64,000 bases of DNA, from the NCBI GenBank assembly GCA_021821045.1, contig JAKACW010000007.1:25983-89982 (forward strand), written 5' to 3'. Made by a program: the position numbers and the translations under genes. Source of the DNA: Pseudomonadota bacterium (lineage in GTDB: Bacteria; Pseudomonadota; Gammaproteobacteria; JAADHS01). The notes below the pieces were generated by a model that ran no database searches, had not been told where the DNA came from, and worked only from the letters and a program-made list of their open reading frames with translations. Shown one piece after another: positions 60,258-64,000 of the stretch; positions within the stretch are counted from its first letter, which is position 1, and every line of letters starts with the position of its first letter.

Positions 60258-62556
60258 TCCGGGTAATTCTGGAAATACGCCTCCCTGGGCAATCCAACAT
60301 GCGCTGAACCAGATTGGCAAACACCCGCATGTAGATGCCATCGGGCCTGTCAAAATTAGCCCCGATGGCATCTGCTTGGCTTCTGCATCTATCAGGACGA
60401 ACCTGCCCACCGTATGGCGAGCTGCCGGCAAGAGCCCGACCGGGGTCCGGCTTGTTGAGCCTGTCTTCTTCCAGTTCCCGGCAGACTATCCGGCCAACCC
60501 GCCACGGATATATCTCCGTACCGATTTCAACCGCTCCCTCCCCCATATCCAGCCGGGCAACCCAGAGGACCCAGTTGAACCATGTTACTTTGAAGGTGAC
60601 CCGCGTGAGTTGCTTCACAGACAGGATATTGGCGCCATCGTCAATCAACTGGTCTACTGGCTGGAACGAGCGGCAAAAGACGAACTGATCGATCAGGAGC
60701 AGGGCTGGGAACCTGTCCGCCGTGACAGCATTGATGACTATGCTGTTGTGGAACACAGCTCATTGCGACAACTTGTTGGGAAACGCCCCGCGTTCAGATT
60801 CCTCCCTGTCGATTACGTCAAGTACATTCCGACTGTTGGGTCACAAAGGTCCGAGAAAGGGTATTCCTTCTATGGTTCAGTGCAATCAGATCCTGTGCCG
60901 GTTAACTGGGATTACCTGGGAGCATTACGTGTTCCATCAACGTCCTCGAAGGTCTTCCAATACGGGGATTCCATCGCCATATTTGCAACGCCAGGCAGAT
61001 TGCCGTCAGGCACGCCGTTTATATACGACCATTATGTGCCAGAAACGGTTACCAACGTATCAACACTGATACAACAGGCCTATGAATATGGATGCGGGAA
61101 AGAACTTGAAGATACCCTCTCCCACTTGCATCAGATAACTGAAAACGTTCAGGGTGTTACTCAACGCATTCCCATTCTTATCATCCTCTGCGCGAGACGG
61201 CCGACACATTTAATCGGTTCCAGCAGCGATCTGGAACTCATCCCCTACCTGCTCGAGACGCTGGCGCCGATGTTTACTGACGACTATGCTACTTTTCCTG
61301 TTCATCCTGTTGCATTGCGACATGCAATCTCGCCACAGCTCCTGCGGGATGTGTCGGGCATTAACATACCTGATGACCGTATGCTCGTGCACCTTGGTTG
61401 CGGCAGCCTGGGGTTGAAGATAGCCCTTCATATGGCTCGCGCCGGCCTGGCCCCCTCGATAGTTGCAGATAACCGAACCTTGTCGCCGCATAATACCGCC
61501 CGTCATGCACTTATACCCGTCAAAGAACGTTTCGATATCTCGTGGATGAACCGGAAAGCTGGTGCATTATCTGGCGCTATCAGTGGTCTGGGACAATCCG
61601 CCGATGCCGTAAATATCGATGCAGTTTCACTCGGTGCTGACAAGAAGCGGTTGTGGAAAGTCATACCCAAAAAGACGTGGGCCGCGGTTAATTCCACCGC
61701 ATCTCTCGCGGTGCGTGACACACTGGCCGTACTCCCCACGGAAACCATGCCCGCACGCGTACTCGAAACGTCATTATTCGCCGAGGGCTCAGTGAGCCTG
61801 ATGACGATCGAAGGGCCTGACAGGAATCCGAACACGTCGGATCTAATCCTTGAGGCCTACGAGATAATTCGGTCAGATGAAACACTCCGCGAACGTTTTT
61901 TCGGTAACAATGGGGATCTGGAGCGCCAGGAAATTGGGCAGGGTTGTTCATCCACAACAATGATAATGCCCGATGCCGATATTTCTCTGTTCTCCGCATC
62001 CATGGCTCGCAAGCTATTGGAAATGCGGAAGCGGCAATTACCCGAATCCGGCCAAGTGCTTATCGGCAAGCTGGATGATGATGGGCTCGGGATGACCTGG
62101 ACAACCGATGATATAGCCCCGTATCACAGCGTACAGGCGGAAAACGATTCGACCGGGCAGATCCGGATTTCACCACGCGCTCACCAGCTGATTATTGAGG
62201 AATGCGGGCGATATCAGGCAGTTGAAACGGGTGGCATCATAATGGGATCTGCCTCAGAAATCAGAAAGACGATAGTCATCACCAATGTCCTGCCCGCTCC
62301 TGCTGATTCACAACGCTCTGCAGCAACGTTCGTACTCGGTACGCAGGGTGTTAAGCAGATGGTGGAAGATTACGCCAAACCGACCGGCTACGTCTTACAC
62401 TGTGTTGGGACATGGCACATCCACCTTCAGGACACAGGAGGATCACCCCGCGATTATCAGACGGCTGAGATGATTGCTGCGAAGATTGCGATACCGTCAG
62501 TTCTGCTGATAAAGACACCTTCTGGTTATCGAGCAATCCTTGCGAGAGGTGATTGA
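60187..62556 (+). CDS. E2-like + E1-like (ThiF/MoeB fold) + JAB/JAMM peptidase triple-fusion protein (ubiquitin-like conjugation machinery)
   Basis: UBC-like FFQFPADYPANPPRIYL...PEDPVEPCYFEG. E1 Rossmann LVHLGCGSLGLKIALHMARAG plus ADNRTLSPHNTARH. JAMM motif E...HIHLQDTGGSPRD. Visibly lower GC than the flanks. True start may be MANPGNS at 60253. Confidence 0.65.
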   Translation: MLHSQPQPLSPAARLVANPCRMANPGNSGNTPPWAIQHALNQIGKHPHVDAIGPVKISPDGICLASASIRTNLPTVWRAAGKSPTGVRLVEPVFFQFPADYPANPPRIYLRTDFNRSLPHIQPGNPEDPVEPCYFEGDPRELLHRQDIGAIVNQLVYWLERAAKDELIDQEQGWEPVRRDSIDDYAVVEHSSLRQLVGKRPAFRFLPVDYVKYIPTVGSQRSEKGYSFYGSVQSDPVPVNWDYLGALRVPSTSSKVFQYGDSIAIFATPGRLPSGTPFIYDHYVPETVTNVSTLIQQAYEYGCGKELEDTLSHLHQITENVQGVTQRIPILIILCARRPTHLIGSSSDLELIPYLLETLAPMFTDDYATFPVHPVALRHAISPQLLRDVSGINIPDDRMLVHLGCGSLGLKIALHMARAGLAPSIVADNRTLSPHNTARHALIPVKERFDISWMNRKAGALSGAISGLGQSADAVNIDAVSLGADKKRLWKVIPKKTWAAVNSTASLAVRDTLAVLPTETMPARVLETSLFAEGSVSLMTIEGPDRNPNTSDLILEAYEIIRSDETLRERFFGNNGDLERQEIGQGCSSTTMIMPDADISLFSASMARKLLEMRKRQLPESGQVLIGKLDDDGLGMTWTTDDIAPYHSVQAENDSTGQIRISPRAHQLIIEECGRYQAVETGGIIMGSASEIRKTIVITNVLPAPADSQRSAATFVLGTQGVKQMVEDYAKPTGYVLHCVGTWHIHLQDTGGSPRDYQTAEMIAAKIAIPSVLLIKTPSGYRAILARGD

Positions 62557-62602
62557 CGCAAATTGGTTTCCATAATATGACCCTGCTCCAGGCCGTATCC
62601 AA

Positions 62603-62848
62603 TCAGTAGTACTGTCGGATGTACCCAAATGCCTTGTCGAACAAGTCCTGATCCATGATCTTGTACTTTACATAAATCGCCTTGCGCAGTGCTTTCTGGA
62701 CTTCGCGCTCGCCGGCCTTGGTGTCCTTATATCCCGTAAAGCGAATTACTATGGCGCCGCGCTGCTGCGATAAAAGCCGGTGATCACTTGTTTGACAAAG
62801 AGTCAGATTGCTTTTCACGCATTGTCTAGAATCACCGGCTCGATACAT
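62603..62848 (-). CDS. Hypothetical small protein (81 aa); possible degraded RelE/ParE-like toxin remnant
   Basis: DHRLLSQQRGAIVIRFTGYKD faintly resembles the RelE/ParE C-terminal pattern. Very uncertain. Confidence 0.2.
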   Translation of the reverse strand: MYRAGDSRQCVKSNLTLCQTSDHRLLSQQRGAIVIRFTGYKDTKAGEREVQKALRKAIYVKYKIMDQDLFDKAFGYIRQYY

Positions 62849-63492
62849 TTGGATTCATCGTCTTTCGGGCTGTTCACCCGCTTACTGACTGGGTACAAGG
62901 TCATCTGCTTGGCCGGATAGGGACGCAGCAAACTGAGCAGATGTTCAGTGTCCGCGGTCTCGTGACCCAACCAGGCGTCATAATTGTCTGGATCCAGAAT
63001 CACCGGCATCCGGTCATGGATGGGCCGCAGCAGTTCGTTGGCGTCGGTTACGACGATGGTACAGGATTCGATGGTCTTGCCCTGCTCGCCTTCCCAGTAC
63101 TCCCACAGGCCGGCAAAGGCGAAGAGATCCGTATCCTTCAACCGCACCGCATAGGGCTGGCGACCGCGGGCTGTCCGTTCCCACTCGAAAAAGCCGCTGG
63201 CAGGCACCAGGCACCGCCGCTGGCGGAAGGCCGTGCGGTAGGCCGGCTTGGTGGCCACGGTTTCAGCGCGTGCATTGATCATACTGAACTTGGTCTTCTC
63301 TTCCTTGGCCCAGTGCGGGATCAGGCCCCAGTGCAACATGACCAGTTCCCTCCCCGCCTCACCCTCCCGTATTGCGGCGATATCCTGCGAGGGCGCGATG
63401 TTGAAACGCGCGGTCAGGAGTGGCATCTGCTTCAGGGCGAACTGCTCCAGCAGACGCTTGCGGGGTGTATCAAGGTAGAAGCGGCCGCACAT
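62815..63492 (-). CDS. yedK: SOS response-associated peptidase (SRAP/YedK, abasic-site processing protein)
   Basis: Starts MCGRF with catalytic Cys2. ...HWGLIPHWAKEE..., FFEWE motifs. 225 aa. Confidence 0.85.
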   Translation of the reverse strand: MCGRFYLDTPRKRLLEQFALKQMPLLTARFNIAPSQDIAAIREGEAGRELVMLHWGLIPHWAKEEKTKFSMINARAETVATKPAYRTAFRQRRCLVPASGFFEWERTARGRQPYAVRLKDTDLFAFAGLWEYWEGEQGKTIESCTIVVTDANELLRPIHDRMPVILDPDNYDAWLGHETADTEHLLSLLRPYPAKQMTLYPVSKRVNSPKDDESKCIEPVILDNA

Positions 63493-63765
63493 AACTCAGA
63501 CGCTAGCCTAGCCGATCTAGGGACGCCAGCAACAACAGACCGAGCTTGAAAAGCGGCTTACTTGTGGCATGTAAGTCATTGTTTTGTCGTTTTTCTCCGC
63601 GCCACCGATTCAGCACGGTGCCTGTCAATTCCGTCTAGGTCCTATCACAATCCGCCAGCCAATAAAGCCTCGAAAGCAGCCATCGCGCCGCCACCTTTCC
63701 TTCTTTTTGTTCAGCAACAGCATCTTAACATAGCGCCACGAATCAGCACTTGGGAGCACTGGCGA

Positions 63766-64000
63766 TGACCGAACCCCTCTCAGCGACACATCAATACCTA
63801 CTCGCGCACTACGGGCCATTGTTGACATTCAATCACTTAGCAGAGGTATTGCACCTCAGCCCGAACGGAGTCCGTATGGCCATCGCGCGTAAGCGCCAAC
63901 CGCTGGCGGTGGCGCTGGGCCAGGCGCGACGGCAGCTGGGCCGGCGGGTCTATTTCGAGGCGCGTGTAGTGGCCGAGGCCATCAACCGCTGCAGGACGAT
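63766..64000 (+). CDS. PrtN/AlpA-like DNA-binding protein, N-terminal part (runs off window end)
   Basis: MTEPLSATHQYLLAHYGPLLTFNHLAEVLHLSPNGVRMAIARKRQPLAV resembles the pyocin-activator PrtN family start. Assignment is from memory. Confidence 0.3.

Overview
This is a GC-rich (roughly 60-65% by eye) gammaproteobacterial chromosome segment. Gene content and order suggest a sulfur-oxidising Chromatiales or Ectothiorhodospiraceae-like organism; that is inference, not a database result.

Conserved housekeeping blocks:
- Left side: tadA, guaA, guaB, xseA, an M23 peptidase, class II ribonucleotide reductase nrdJ, a c-type cytochrome and a SulP permease.
- Right side: der, bamB, yfgM, hisS, rodZ, pilW, rlmN, ndk, then the complete iscRSUA-hscBA-fdx-iscX operon, followed by cysE, trmJ, suhB, a rhodanese, and a tetR plus RND efflux operon whose outer-membrane factor gene is truncated.

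A ~21.7-kb accessory island (about 13.4-35.1 kb) sits between sulP and der. It carries a type III CRISPR-Cas system with an unusual architecture:
- CARF proteins: a Cas_NE0113-family protein and a Csx1 (CARF-HEPN).
- Cas6.
- A III-D-like effector built from multi-domain RAMP proteins, with translationally coupled ATGA overlaps between genes.
- A compact 440-aa HD-less Cas10-like GGDD cyclase.
- A standalone reverse transcriptase overlapping cas1, and two tandem cas2 paralogues.
- A 31-repeat array (36-bp repeats, 30 spacers, degenerate terminal repeat).
- A truncated metallophosphoesterase.
- A frameshifted membrane-anchored tandem AAA+ (CbbX/SpoVK-like) ATPase.
- A Csx16-like small protein.

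Features seen outside the CRISPR-Cas genes:
- A perfectly palindromic CAAGCTTG-centred motif recurs in at least 8 intergenic sites around the island and once inside coding sequence.
- A REP-like inverted-repeat family occurs at 8 intergenic loci; this explains the recurring MIRSH/MGADHSAI pseudo-ORFs in the ORF track.
- Near the right end there is a lower-GC 789-aa E2-E1-JAB triple-fusion protein (a ubiquitin-like conjugation module), next to yedK and a partial PrtN-like gene.
- Two toxin-antitoxin-like pairs are present (DUF433/DUF5615 and RHH/nucleotidyltransferase).

All calls rest on reading the sequence and ORF translations. No searches were run.
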